Shown here one piece after another: positions 51,449-62,861 of a DNA stretch of 64,000 nucleotides (positions within the stretch are counted from its first letter, which is position 1; the number at the start of each line of letters is the position of its first letter). The DNA is from a virus (lineage: Duplodnaviria; Caudoviricetes), in the IMG/VR virus record IMGVR_UViG_3300027819_000006, one strand, 5' to 3'. The position numbers were made by a program, and so were the translations under genes. The notes below the pieces were generated by a model that was not told the origin of the DNA, searched no databases, and was given only the letters and a program-made list of their open reading frames with translations.

Positions 51449-52321
51449 CTATTTAACTTCTACTTCTACTTTATCTACTGGTTTTGGAATTTCATCTGTA
51501 AATTCTGTGATTGAAATAGAATCTAAATCTACTCTGCACTTACCTTGCAGAATCAGTTTCAATTTTGTTGCAGATTCTCCACACAGCATTCTACAATCAT
51601 TACCAAATTGTACATATAGAAAATCATTATTTACGTGAGCATTTGTAATCTTGTTTAAGTCTAATATAGAATCATTGACTTTAACAAAATAAGGTTTAGC
51701 ATTATCGACCAATATCTTCAATTCATCTACTACTCTATTAAAATCTTTATTCTGTGATTTAATATCTATGTTTTGTTTAATGATAGTCTCATCTAGCTGC
51801 TGATTAACTGATTTCTGATTTTTGAGTTCTAATTTTATCTTTTCTAATTCTTCTTTCAACTGTTTTACATCTTCTTTCTTTTTACCCAACATTTGTAAGT
51901 TCCTTTTTAAACAATATTAACTGTTTTATTTAGTAGTTCTTTTTAATTTATTAGCAATTGCTCCGTAATATTTTTCAGCAATACCATTAACTAATATAAT
52001 TTCTATATTCTCTTCATCTAATACTTTATTTGATTTCACTGTGCATATTTTATTTAAATCTATTGTATTGTCTTCTACTGACACGAAATGGTTCTCATTC
52101 TTACAAGTTATTAATTTCAATTCATCTATCACAGCATATAATGCATCAAATTCTTTTTTAGATAACTCTTTTTCTTTTAACCTATTCTGTAATTCTTTTA
52201 TAATGTCAGATTGTATTGCAAATAGACTATTCACACGCTTCAGTTCTTTTTCGATACTTAACAGATCTTCTTTTAATATTTCGATTTCTTCGTTCTTGTC
52301 GCTTTGTCGCATAAACAGCAT
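51449..52321 (-). other. Two tandem paralogous coiled-coil proteins (51449-51892, 51926-52321)
   Basis: Shared FVxVxDxxxDLNKI C-terminal motif. Confidence 0.7.
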
Positions 52322-52333
52322 ATGTATTCTCCT

Positions 52334-53556
52334 CTAAATAGTGTTCACAATTGCTTTATAGTAGTTGTTTGTATCCTTTCTGATAAAAATTTTGTATTTG
52401 TCTCTATAATTATATATTGTCTCATCTTGATCTGATACTCTTCTAGCTTTACCTTGAAACACATGAACATTAATTTTTTCCAAAGCAAATAGAGCTGATT
52501 GATAACTCATAGGTCCAGACTGCACTTCTTTGTCATTGACTTTAAAAAGTGTAAGTTTTGCATCTCCTCTCATCAGTTTGAGAAGAATTAGATCTGTGAT
52601 TGCTTCAGATAAGTTCAATCTATTTCTTCTCTAATTCATATACAGAAGTTATGCAATAAGCAACAGTTCTATTTGTTTGCTGTCCCATTGCTCTAAAATC
52701 TGTGTCTACATGTTTTACACTGTATCCAGAATGTCCTTTTTCTCTCAGTACTCTTGGAATATCTTTTGCAATTTCATCCATCTCATCTTGCATGCTCTTC
52801 TGAGTATCTGTATAGTTTGCCGGAGCATACCTCTGAGTCTTTAAAAGCATTTTAGATCCTTCAAACTTCACATTTACTTCTGGGATCTTTGCTACATAGT
52901 TTCCGACAGTTTCTATAGCATCTCTGACACTAGTATCTTTGACTCTGTTTGGAGACTTGTCATATACATCTCCTACAGCTTTTCTGACATCTTTTTTGAT
53001 ATTGTAGTCATCTTTTGGTATGAAATCTGCTGCTTTTTTTGCTGGCATTTCTATTTAAGCTCCATGTGTGAATCTGTTTCTTTTAAATATTCTTCTACTT
53101 CAAAATAGTGAGGATTAAACTTTTTAAAACAATCTCTGCACATACCTAATATTGCGTAATATTCAGAGTCATCTGCATCCATCAGTTTATTGCATCTTAT
53201 ATTGGTATCAGGATCTAGACATGTGCAATACCATTGCCTGATATCTGAATCTTCACTTTTTCTTTCAATTAGTTTGTAACCTGATTTTTGTGTTACAGTT
53301 TTCATTTATCTGATTTTTCTAATGGGAAGAATTTGCCTTCGTCTAAGTGGTTTTTTCTAGTACATTCTTCACAAGCTCCAAACTGACTAAAAAATTGTGC
53401 TGACCATCCCGTCAGTAGATTACCACATTTTTTACCATGTTCATCGACTCTGTCGCAAAAAACTGGAGAAATAGGTTTGTGATTTTCTTTTATAGTGCTC
53501 ATGTTGCTGTGCCATTTTTTTGTTTTATTTATTGGCAATCCTTGAAAGTTTTCCAT
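52334..53556 (-). other. Hypothetical ORFs (52334-52618, 52620-53048) and two paralogous zinc-binding ORFs (53051-53305, 53302-53556)
   Basis: CNKLM...YAILGMCRDC and CGNLL...FSQFGACEEC. Confidence 0.65.
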
Positions 53557-54428
53557 TTGCTATCCTTTTTTAAATCTTCATAGAACAATATATAATATAT
53601 GTTTTCTAAATTATATTTTTCTAGAAAGTTTTTTATTTTAATTTTATTACACTCTGTTAAATATCCTTTGACTTCTTCTATTCTTATCAAATTATCATTC
53701 TCATCATAAATAAAGAAATCAGGAGTATATGTAGTTCCTTCTAATCTATATGTTATTTCTTCATACTTCCAGTTTGCAGATATAGAATCTAAAAATTGAG
53801 CCCTCTCTAATTCATAAGAAGATTTCAAATAATAATCTCTATATTCACTTTTTATATATCGATTTTTTATATTTGGGCTAACTTTTCTGCTCTGAACTAT
53901 CTTAACATTTCTATCGAACCACATCTCTTCAGCTTTTTCAACACCATATTCAGCTATCCACATATCTTTTACTGATACACCAAACATCCCATTCATAGAG
54001 CCAGTTAAACTCCAAGTTCCATTTTTCTTTTTACTTTCTTCTGATTTTGTAGTAATTTTTATCATAGTTTCTTTAGAATGGCGATGTCCAGTCATAGGAG
54101 GTATCTGTTGCAAACGTTTATCACGTCTTTCTTTTGAATCATAGACATGTTTTTTACAATATCCGTATTTATTCGGATTAATCCTTTTATTACAGCCTTC
54201 ATGTTTGCATATTACTTTTCTGTCATCAAAATATTTTCGCTTTCCATAGTTTGGACCATGGTGTCCTATACAAATGTAACATCTCAAAACTTTATTACTA
54301 ACGATATTATTCAGACATTGATTGCAATATTTATCTATATTGCTACAATATAAGCAGAAACTATATTCTTCAAATTGCATAGAGCGTTTATTACATTTGC
54401 TACATTCTCTGATAATTTCTTGTATCAT
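53529..54428 (-). mobile_element. Zn-finger/NUMOD3 + PD-(D/E)XK (TnsA-like) homing-type endonuclease
   Basis: HSKETMIKI; LKSSYELE...WKYEE...YTPDFFI...IEEVKGY. Confidence 0.75.
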
Positions 54429-54437
54429 TTATCCTCT

Positions 54438-54503
54438 CCAACTAAAGTTAAAGGGCTTCAGCTGAGTTGGCAGCTAATTAAGAGGTAATTAATCTCAAGC
54501 CCT
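54438..54503 (-). ncRNA. Structured cis-regulatory RNA, copy 2
   Basis: AGGGCTT/AAGCCCT stem, ATTA-CCTCT-TAAT and TAGCTG-CCAACT-CAGCTG; the loop is complementary to AGTTGG at the RBS. Confidence 0.7.
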
Positions 54504-54607
54504 GGTTATTATTTTTATTCTTCAGGTTTTGCTAGTTTTTAAATTTTTCTTCCAACCTCTAGTTTTTCTGATAGGAAGTCCAAGCTCTTCTGCTATATTA
54601 TTTTTTT

Positions 54608-54925
54608 TCATACTCTTCTTTCTTCGAATGTTGTGTATTTTGGAAATCTTTTATAATCTTTGTTCATCTTGTAGTCATTATACCACCAACTCTTTATTTC
54701 TGTATTCACTCTATCTAGTCCATGTTGCTCTACATATTCTTTAAATCCAAAATTGTCTTTGAACCCATCATAGCTACTCTTCATATCCATAGATCTAAAT
54801 ACTTCTGCAATCTTTGTGATAGTAGCTTTTCTATCTCTTTTTTGTAGCATAGCAAGAGCTATATAAGCTAGTTCAGAGAAAGAGTTAGTTTTAGTAGATT
54901 CATTTAGAATATTTTTTAATTTCAT
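54608..54925 (-). CDS. Leader-bearing hypothetical protein
   Basis: MKLKNILNES start. Confidence 0.65.
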   Translation of the reverse strand: MKLKNILNESTKTNSFSELAYIALAMLQKRDRKATITKIAEVFRSMDMKSSYDGFKDNFGFKEYVEQHGLDRVNTEIKSWWYNDYKMNKDYKRFPKYTTFEERRV

Positions 54926-54971
54926 ATATTAAATTTAATCAATCTCAATGTAAAAGTAAACAGCTAAATAT

Positions 54972-57900
54972 CTATGCATGTACATTTCCAAATTGTGGAG
55001 TCCATACAAAAGCTCTGAATGCAGATGCTGAACCTGTAAATCCACCAGCATTATAAATTCTAATCCATCTATATGCACCATTCCCTACGTATGCAGAAGC
55101 CGTAATATCTCCAACACTAATCCAGTTTCCTTCAAAATCTGTAGCAGAAGCAGAAGCTTGATTAAATCCAGATGCATTGCTTGTAGGTTTGAAGGAGAAA
55201 TTAGTTGGATGAACATAGTGCCCAGCCTTTGCTTCGTCAAATGGATTGCTATTATTTACTTGCAGAATGAATGTTGTTCCAGATGCAGGTGCAGCTGTTC
55301 CATTTGGAATTATCATTGTCCAAGCATTTGTATTAATATATGCAAAATTTGTTGCAGTATTTGTTGATTGCATGATATTGGCAGACAGTGATTTTGCAGA
55401 AACATCGTCAATAATTCCACCACCTGTAGAAGATCCAGTCATTAATGCAGACACTGCATCTACTATAGCTCCACCTGTTGGAGATACTAAACTAAAACTG
55501 ATATCATCTACATAAGAAGTATTAGTTATTCCATTTAGAACAAAGTTGAAATCATCTAATATTACACCGCCAGTTACAGATTGTTGAGCTAATGTAATAG
55601 AATCTATTTGAGCTGTTGGACCATTTACTTTTACGAATGTTCCAGTAACTGTATCAATATAAGCTGTTACAGAATTGTCTGTAGATTCGCCAAGCCACAC
55701 CCAAACTGTTGAAGCAGTATTAGCCCAAGTCAGAGATAATTTCTCATATGCAGCTGTTACAGTAGAAGTTGTACTTGCTTGCCAGTTAGTTCCCCCTGAA
55801 TTGGGTCCTACTCTCATTACTACTTTACCTGCTGTTGGTCCTTCTACATATACAAATGCAGATACAGCATAATCAATACTTGTAGATAAGCTAGTCAATT
55901 GTTGAGCTATTACAGAAGATAAACCAACATTTGATACATATCTAATTTGTTGTGATGAAGATCCTGCATTTACTGGAGTGGCTGTTCCTGCTCCTGACAA
56001 TGAAAATGAAGTTACTTCTGTCGCAGATACTGCGTCTAGATATACTAAACATGCTGTTGCAACGTTAGCATTTGTTATTGTGACCCAAACATTTGAAGCT
56101 GTATTAGTCCAATTTACAGTTTTGAGTGTATATGTAGCTCCAGTTACAGATAAAACATTACTTGTAATAGATCCAGAATCTGCAGAATTTGCTTTAATTG
56201 CTAAGGTTACTGCTAATCCATTACCGCTATTTGTAGCATTTAAGTTTTCAATTCTTAATAATGCAGATAAACTATATGTTGCATAAACATCTAATCCTGT
56301 AAGATTTGTTGCAAAAGCACTTGTTGAAGTGGAGTTCAAAGGATATCTTAAAACTTGAGCAGATAATCCTTCATAAGCTCCAGCTCCGGAAGTTATAGAA
56401 GCTGTAATCGTTGCATTTGCTACCCAACCTGAAGCAACATTGCTTGCATCAAATCCTTGTTGAAATCCAGAGTTAGAAACTATATTTGAAACTGCATAAT
56501 TTCTAATTGTAGAAATCCATCCATTTCCTATACCATTTGTAAATCCATTTTCAAATGTTCCAGATCCAACAATTGCAGTTTCTGGAGTAATTGTATCTGT
56601 TACCCAAATCCATAATGAAGTGGCGGTATTAGTCCAACTAAATGCAGTATTTGTATATGCTCCGGTTACAGTAGCAGTTGTTGAAGCTTGAAAATCCTTT
56701 GCTCCAGAATTAGGTCCAACTCTTAACATTAATTTATGCATTTGTAAAGCTGTTGTTGAAGCTAAGAAATTTATGTAAGCACTAACAGCATAGCTTACCC
56801 AAGGAGTTAATCCTGTAATATTTTGTGATAGGGCTTCTGTTTCATCTGCTGTTGAACTAAATATTAATTCTTGCGCTTGAGTTCCAGAATATGGAGCTGT
56901 TGATCTTTGAACAATTAATCCATTTGAGCTCTTTAGCCAGCTTGCCGCTAATCCATTCGTAAATGTTGATTCAAAAGTTCCATTTGCTATTTGATTAGTT
57001 GTATTGCCTTTATATCTTGATCCAACCCACATCCAAATACTATTAGCACTACTATTTACTGTGGTTGTTAAAGTTTGTAAAGCTGCTGTATTTGAAGCTG
57101 TCATTGAATTAGTCCAATCTTTTCCTCCAGAATTTGGCCCTAATCTAATATATGTGTCATATACTCCTGAAGTATTTAAGCTAGCTAATTGAGCACTTAC
57201 AGTTACAGAATAATCAGATAATGAAGATAATCCTGTAAGATTTTGTGTAAATATTTGTGTTTCATTGGCATTTGTATCCCAAGCTAATCTTTGAGCAGAA
57301 ACACCCAAACCAATAATCGTTGTTTCAACAGATCCAGTGATTCCAGAACTTGATCCAGACCAAGAATTTGCAAAACCTCCGTTATAAGCTCCTTCAAATC
57401 CAGAATTTGAAATAATATTTGTTGTACTTGCTCTGAAATCATCAGTAACCCAAACCCACACTGAAGTTGCAGTATTTGCCCAAGATAATACTAAAGCTTG
57501 ATATGCTGCCGTAGAAGAATCAGATGCAGTTGCAGATGCTTGCCAGTCTCCAGCTCCAGAGTTAGGTCCTACTCTAAATACTAAGTTATGTTGTTTGAAT
57601 GCACTTAAATTATTTGTTCTTACCCAAGCTGTTGCAGAATAATTGTGGTTTGTACTTAAACCTGCAACATTTTGAGCAAATGAAGCTACACCAGATGCAG
57701 CAGTTTTAAAAGCCAATAACTGAGAAGATACTCCTCCATGAACTATCGTCCCATTTGCTTGTGCAGACAGAGAAGAATTTGGAGAAATTATCCATCCTGC
57801 TTCTATACCATTTGTATAAGCAGCTTCCATATCTCCATTAGCAACCATGCTAGAAGTACTTCCAGTATAAGAAGCAGTAACCCACACCCAAACATTAGAT

Positions 57901-58769
57901 GCAGTGTTAGTCCAGTTTACAATCATTCCAGAGAACGATGCAGTAGCTGAATTTACAGCACTAGATGAAGCTTGAAAATTTGCTCCACCACTATTAGGTC
58001 CGACTCTTAAAGTTACTACATAATCACTAACAGCTGTCGATGTTGGAATTCTAATATTTGCTGAAAGTGAATAATTTTGATTCGGCACTAAATTTGTAAT
58101 ATTTCTTGCAAATGCCTGTGTTCCGTTTGCATTTGTATCCCATGCAAGTCTCTGAGCAGAAGTACCAGCATGAACAGTTGTAGTTTCAACAGTTGCTGTA
58201 ATTCCACCAGCAGAAACACTCCATCCTGGAGCGACACCATTTATATATCCTCCTTCCATGCTACCACTCAAAACTACATCATTATTATTTCTTCTAATAG
58301 TAGTGAACCACAGCCAGACACTAGAAGCAGTGTTAGACCAAGTTACTATCAATTGCTGAAATGCTGCTGTATTTGAAGCTGTTGCTGAAGCTTGATAATT
58401 TGTACTTCCAGAAGCTGGACCTACTCTAAATACTAAATCATTCAATTGAGATGCAGAAAGAGTCAATATTTCTACCCAGGCTGTTGCTCCATATGTATTA
58501 TTTGTATCTAGTCCGTTTAATTGTTGAGCAAATCCTATAGTTCCGTCTGCTGTAGTTGCCCATGAAATATTTTGAGCAGAAGTGCCCCCATGAGTTACAC
58601 CTGTATTGATTGTTGCAGTAACACCATGACCGGGAGTAGCAGAAATTATCCATCCTGGAGCTATACCATTTGTAGCAATGCCTTCCATATTGCCACTTGC
58701 TACTCTGTCGGCAGTATCTCCTCCGAAAACTAATTGTGGAGCTAATACTACTCTGTCTGTGTTGAACAT
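54972..58769 (-). CDS. Virion fibre/decoration-like protein with seven CBM4/9-like beta-sandwich repeats in a nested arrangement
   Basis: Repeats of NGxFE..NG...GW / AQ.L / Y.VSA / RVGPNSG / W.NTASSVWVW; Thr/Ser/Ala/Gly-rich composition. Confidence 0.75.
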   Translation of the reverse strand: MFNTDRVVLAPQLVFGGDTADRVASGNMEGIATNGIAPGWIISATPGHGVTATINTGVTHGGTSAQNISWATTADGTIGFAQQLNGLDTNNTYGATAWVEILTLSASQLNDLVFRVGPASGSTNYQASATASNTAAFQQLIVTWSNTASSVWLWFTTIRRNNNDVVLSGSMEGGYINGVAPGWSVSAGGITATVETTTVHAGTSAQRLAWDTNANGTQAFARNITNLVPNQNYSLSANIRIPTSTAVSDYVVTLRVGPNSGGANFQASSSAVNSATASFSGMIVNWTNTASNVWVWVTASYTGSTSSMVANGDMEAAYTNGIEAGWIISPNSSLSAQANGTIVHGGVSSQLLAFKTAASGVASFAQNVAGLSTNHNYSATAWVRTNNLSAFKQHNLVFRVGPNSGAGDWQASATASDSSTAAYQALVLSWANTATSVWVWVTDDFRASTTNIISNSGFEGAYNGGFANSWSGSSSGITGSVETTIIGLGVSAQRLAWDTNANETQIFTQNLTGLSSLSDYSVTVSAQLASLNTSGVYDTYIRLGPNSGGKDWTNSMTASNTAALQTLTTTVNSSANSIWMWVGSRYKGNTTNQIANGTFESTFTNGLAASWLKSSNGLIVQRSTAPYSGTQAQELIFSSTADETEALSQNITGLTPWVSYAVSAYINFLASTTALQMHKLMLRVGPNSGAKDFQASTTATVTGAYTNTAFSWTNTATSLWIWVTDTITPETAIVGSGTFENGFTNGIGNGWISTIRNYAVSNIVSNSGFQQGFDASNVASGWVANATITASITSGAGAYEGLSAQVLRYPLNSTSTSAFATNLTGLDVYATYSLSALLRIENLNATNSGNGLAVTLAIKANSADSGSITSNVLSVTGATYTLKTVNWTNTASNVWVTITNANVATACLVYLDAVSATEVTSFSLSGAGTATPVNAGSSSQQIRYVSNVGLSSVIAQQLTSLSTSIDYAVSAFVYVEGPTAGKVVMRVGPNSGGTNWQASTTSTVTAAYEKLSLTWANTASTVWVWLGESTDNSVTAYIDTVTGTFVKVNGPTAQIDSITLAQQSVTGGVILDDFNFVLNGITNTSYVDDISFSLVSPTGGAIVDAVSALMTGSSTGGGIIDDVSAKSLSANIMQSTNTATNFAYINTNAWTMIIPNGTAAPASGTTFILQVNNSNPFDEAKAGHYVHPTNFSFKPTSNASGFNQASASATDFEGNWISVGDITASAYVGNGAYRWIRIYNAGGFTGSASAFRAFVWTPQFGNVHA

Positions 58770-58862
58770 GTTTTAAATTTCTCCATTCATTTATTTCGCA
58801 TAATTAAAAAATAAGAACACGTTTAAATTTCAAACTTTTATTCTAATATAAATATATTGGAG

Positions 58863-58900
58863 CAAAAAAAAAAGATCATCTCATTAGAAATGATCTTTTA
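58863..58900 (-). terminator. Intrinsic terminator
   Basis: AAAAGATCATTTC-loop-GAGATGATCTTTTTTTTT. Confidence 0.7.
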
Positions 58901-58926
58901 ACATATTCAATTTTATAATTGTCTAA

Positions 58927-59727
58927 CTAAAATAATACATAGATTAATCTTAAAGTAGCAAATTTATTCATGTATTCAACATTTGCATCATAGTGTTTTC
59001 TCAATCTAACAGATGAGCTAACATATAGACTATTAAATTTACCTATATATGAATTGAAATCTTTGATTCTTAAATAGACTACTGGCATAATAACTGATTT
59101 ATACGAATTGTCTGTACTTATCAATCCTCCAAATCCTAATGAGAATCTTTTTTCTGTATTCAGTCTTGATATGTTGAGTTTAATATTTGAAAATCTTGAC
59201 CTGTCATAGTCTAATCTTGCTACTTTTAGACCTTCTGGAGTAGAGCTAACTATTAGATTTAATTCTACAGGATCTTCTGTTATAAACACATTTTCTAAAC
59301 TAGATTTGAAATTGCTAAAATTTGAATTTGTGTCATAATGAAATGAAGAAACTATGTTTGATTGCAATCTCAACCATTTAATTTTCTGATCTATAGAAGA
59401 AGTGAATTCTACATTTCTATTTACAGTATCTCTTTTTACTATGACTATAGTGTCAGTTTTGATTTCTTTGACATATATTGGAATTACATCCATAGTTATT
59501 TTAGACACTTCTTCTAGTTTCTCTTGGTTCTTTTTCAGTACAATTTTCAAGCTATCTGTTATAAGCTTGTTCAGCTTTCTTTCATTTATAATTTGCACCA
59601 CAGTAGCAGTAGAATCTCTAGTATATTTTTCTTTGTATGATCTACCTATTTCTCCCTGAATCAATTTCTGAACAAATATTACACTAAGTATTGATGCTAT
59701 ATAAATTATAATCCACTTTTTCATCAT
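58927..59727 (-). CDS. Membrane-anchored coiled-coil protein (possibly i-spanin-like)
   Basis: N-terminal TM helix, DTIVIVKRDTV repeats and a beta-rich C-terminus. Confidence 0.4.
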   Translation of the reverse strand: MMKKWIIIYIASILSVIFVQKLIQGEIGRSYKEKYTRDSTATVVQIINERKLNKLITDSLKIVLKKNQEKLEEVSKITMDVIPIYVKEIKTDTIVIVKRDTVNRNVEFTSSIDQKIKWLRLQSNIVSSFHYDTNSNFSNFKSSLENVFITEDPVELNLIVSSTPEGLKVARLDYDRSRFSNIKLNISRLNTEKRFSLGFGGLISTDNSYKSVIMPVVYLRIKDFNSYIGKFNSLYVSSSVRLRKHYDANVEYMNKFATLRLIYVLF

Positions 59728-62700
59728 TCAATCCTCACTTCTGAAAATCCTTCTTTATTTCTTTCAACATGGATAAAATGATCCATGCTATCTTGCAGTT
59801 CTGTTATATGAGAAATACATATTACAGTCTTGAATATACTTTTTAGATGATCTAATAGAGAAGATAGATTTGATAGATGTTCGGTATCTAGAGAAGAAAA
59901 TGCTTCATCTAAAAAGAAAATATCAGATTTAGGTAATACAGAAACTTTTGATAAAGCAGTTCTTATTGCTATAGAGGCAACTATTCTTTCCATGCCAGAA
60001 CCTATTTCTATATTTCTTTTGTCTCCTTCGCTGTTCTCTATGTATATAAATATACTCTGACTATCGTCTATTTCCAAATAGATGTTAAAATCTACTGTAG
60101 TAGCTAATACTTTTTTGATCTCTTCATTAATTGATGGAATTGCTGATTTAATGATCTCTAGCTGTATACCATCTTTTGACAGAGTAGAAGTCAGCATACT
60201 ATGAATTTTAAAGCTATTTTCAATTTCTCGTACTTTTTCTACTGATTCTCTAACATCTTTTATCTTTTGTTTGACAGATCCTAATTCTATATTCTTTTCT
60301 GTTATGAACTGATTCAGATTCTTTATCTTTGATTCTAAGTTATTTAAATTCAGTTCATTTTCTTCTATATTAGCATGTATTTCATTATTCAGTTGAATGA
60401 TGTCTTTGTTAATTTCATATACTTTAGCTTTATCTTCTAGTTGTAGCTTTATATTCTTTTCATATTCTAATATCTGCTCTTCTTTTTTCAGTTCTGTTTC
60501 TTTATGCTTGAGATCACTTTTAGCATATTCAATTTTACTTGCTACTTTATCCAGTAGCTTCAGCTTGTCTTCATACTCTGTAAATTCATCAATTTTTGAG
60601 CTGACATCTTCTATGTTTGTTTCTATATCTGTTTTACTAATTTGAATAGATGATATTTTAGAATCTGACTCAAATGCATCTTTCAGAAAATTACATTTTT
60701 TGCACAATTCAGATGTTTTGAACCAATCATGAGCATTTAAATTTTTAGCATATTTCTGATTTATTTCTAAATCTTTTATAGTAGATGTTCTTTTGCTTTC
60801 CTGTTCTTTTAAATACTTTCTCAGCTTATCTAATAGTTTGTTCTGTTTTATCAGAAAATCTCTATCTTCTTCTATCAGCTTGCTGAACTCTTCTATTGAT
60901 TCATTTAGAAACACTATACTTTTGTTAATATTTTTCTTATTGTTTGTTATAGAATCAATCTTTTCTGCTACCAATTTAAGCCCTAATTCTATATTATCTA
61001 TATTAATACTATCAATATTTTTTAACTGGTGCTTCAAATTATCAATACTAGAGACTGTTCTATTCTTCTCTTGATCGATAGTTTCTTTTAAATCAGAGCT
61101 TTTGTCTATAATATCTGAAAGATCTACTTCTTCTTTTATTAGATTTTGTTCTAGAGCTAGATAATCATTATTTTTATAATGACTCAATATACTTTTCAGA
61201 TTATTAGTATTATCTTTTACTGTAGCATAAAGTTCTTCAATTATGTCAATACCAATAAATTTAGATAGCAGTATTTTTCTTGCAGACTGACTTTCATCTA
61301 TAAAACAAGTTAGATCATTTTGAAGTCCGAATGTGGTCATTCTGTGCTCTTGGAATCCACCAATCAGATCTCTGATAATCTTTTCTATTTCAGATGAATT
61401 GCTTTCACCTCCAATATCTATTATTTTGCCATCTTTTATTTCAAATAGACTGACTCTGCTTCTAGCTTTATTTTCAATCTTCTTGTAGTTTCTTTTAATT
61501 AGATATTTTTTGCTATCTAGAATGAATTTTACTTCTATATCTGCATCGTCTAATCTTTTATTTATTACATCTGCTAAGTTTCCTTTGCTAGTTCTATCAG
61601 ATTGATTGAATAATCCGCACAATAGCGAAGACAACATGCTACTTTTGCCTTGCATGTTTGGCGAGAACATTCCAACAAGACCATTCAGATTATTGAAATT
61701 AACAGAATTATCTGCTCCATATGAAAATGTATTAGAGAAATTCAATTCTTCTATTTTTAGTATTTTTCCATAGTTCTTTGTATGAATATCTATTGCAGAA
61801 TAATAGTCTGAATGAAGTTTTAGAACTTGCTGAACAGCAGTAGCATCTTGATCTTTCAAATATTCTTTAATTAGATCTTGCTGATTATTTATGTTAGTTA
61901 TATTATAAGATATTAAATTGTTTTTTTTACTGCTACTAGAATCGAATTCTTGCTCAATAGACAAAGATAATGGATTGAACTGTAGCTTTATATGGTTCTC
62001 TATCTCTTTTACTTTAGTGGCATTGCATTCAGAATGAAGAATTAATCTGATATATGGATTTTTTGATATGTCTTTGAAGTCGTATTCATATATGTTCTCT
62101 ATATTATCTTTATCTATATGATATGTATGAAATCCATAGTCATTCTGTAATTTGACAAATTTACAAGTTTTTTCAACTATGTTCCAAGCTAAATATCCTT
62201 TGTCTCTGCTTTCTCCCTGGTTGTTCTGTAGAGTTGCTCCTGAAAATCCTATATTAGGATGTCCTTCTTTATCATATCTTAAGAATTGTTGTTTATGTAT
62301 GTCTCCTAAGAATGCATAGTCATAATTCTTAAACAGAGACAAATCAGAAGTACTATTCATAGTAAATCCAGTGTCTGTCTTAGAATTATTTATAGGACCA
62401 TGAAACAAAGCTATATAAGTTTTATCATCTTCTCTTTTAAAATTGATAGGATAGTTTGCTACATCAGTCAAAGAAAATATTCCATAGACTACACTATTAG
62501 AAACTTTAACTAACTCTGATCTTTCATATAAAGTAGTTTTATGTTTAGTATCTATTATTTCTACTATAGGTTTTATAGAATTCAATCTATTCTGCTGATT
62601 TACTACTAGATCATGATTGCCACAAATAATATCTAGATCAGCACAGTTTCCTAAATTTGTCAATAGCTCTATAGCTAATTTAACAGATTCAGGAGATAGA

Positions 62701-62861
62701 TGATTCTTAGAATGGAATAGATCGCCTACTAAAACTATTCTATTGGGTTTCTCTATTTTTACAGCTTTATATAGATTTTCAAAAACTTGTCTGAACTCAG
62801 TATGCCTCTTGTAAAGAGGTAAATGAAGATCTGCGATGTGAAGAATTCGTTGAATGTCCAT
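59724..62861 (-). CDS. Fused Mre11/SbcD nuclease - Rad50/SbcC ATPase (gp47-gp46-like)
   Basis: HIADLH, VGDLFH, CGNHD and LGDIHK; SPNMQGKSS Walker A, CKKC hook, GSGME signature and FLDEAFSSLD. Confidence 0.92.
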   Translation of the reverse strand: MDIQRILHIADLHLPLYKRHTEFRQVFENLYKAVKIEKPNRIVLVGDLFHSKNHLSPESVKLAIELLTNLGNCADLDIICGNHDLVVNQQNRLNSIKPIVEIIDTKHKTTLYERSELVKVSNSVVYGIFSLTDVANYPINFKREDDKTYIALFHGPINNSKTDTGFTMNSTSDLSLFKNYDYAFLGDIHKQQFLRYDKEGHPNIGFSGATLQNNQGESRDKGYLAWNIVEKTCKFVKLQNDYGFHTYHIDKDNIENIYEYDFKDISKNPYIRLILHSECNATKVKEIENHIKLQFNPLSLSIEQEFDSSSSKKNNLISYNITNINNQQDLIKEYLKDQDATAVQQVLKLHSDYYSAIDIHTKNYGKILKIEELNFSNTFSYGADNSVNFNNLNGLVGMFSPNMQGKSSMLSSLLCGLFNQSDRTSKGNLADVINKRLDDADIEVKFILDSKKYLIKRNYKKIENKARSRVSLFEIKDGKIIDIGGESNSSEIEKIIRDLIGGFQEHRMTTFGLQNDLTCFIDESQSARKILLSKFIGIDIIEELYATVKDNTNNLKSILSHYKNNDYLALEQNLIKEEVDLSDIIDKSSDLKETIDQEKNRTVSSIDNLKHQLKNIDSINIDNIELGLKLVAEKIDSITNNKKNINKSIVFLNESIEEFSKLIEEDRDFLIKQNKLLDKLRKYLKEQESKRTSTIKDLEINQKYAKNLNAHDWFKTSELCKKCNFLKDAFESDSKISSIQISKTDIETNIEDVSSKIDEFTEYEDKLKLLDKVASKIEYAKSDLKHKETELKKEEQILEYEKNIKLQLEDKAKVYEINKDIIQLNNEIHANIEENELNLNNLESKIKNLNQFITEKNIELGSVKQKIKDVRESVEKVREIENSFKIHSMLTSTLSKDGIQLEIIKSAIPSINEEIKKVLATTVDFNIYLEIDDSQSIFIYIENSEGDKRNIEIGSGMERIVASIAIRTALSKVSVLPKSDIFFLDEAFSSLDTEHLSNLSSLLDHLKSIFKTVICISHITELQDSMDHFIHVERNKEGFSEVRIE

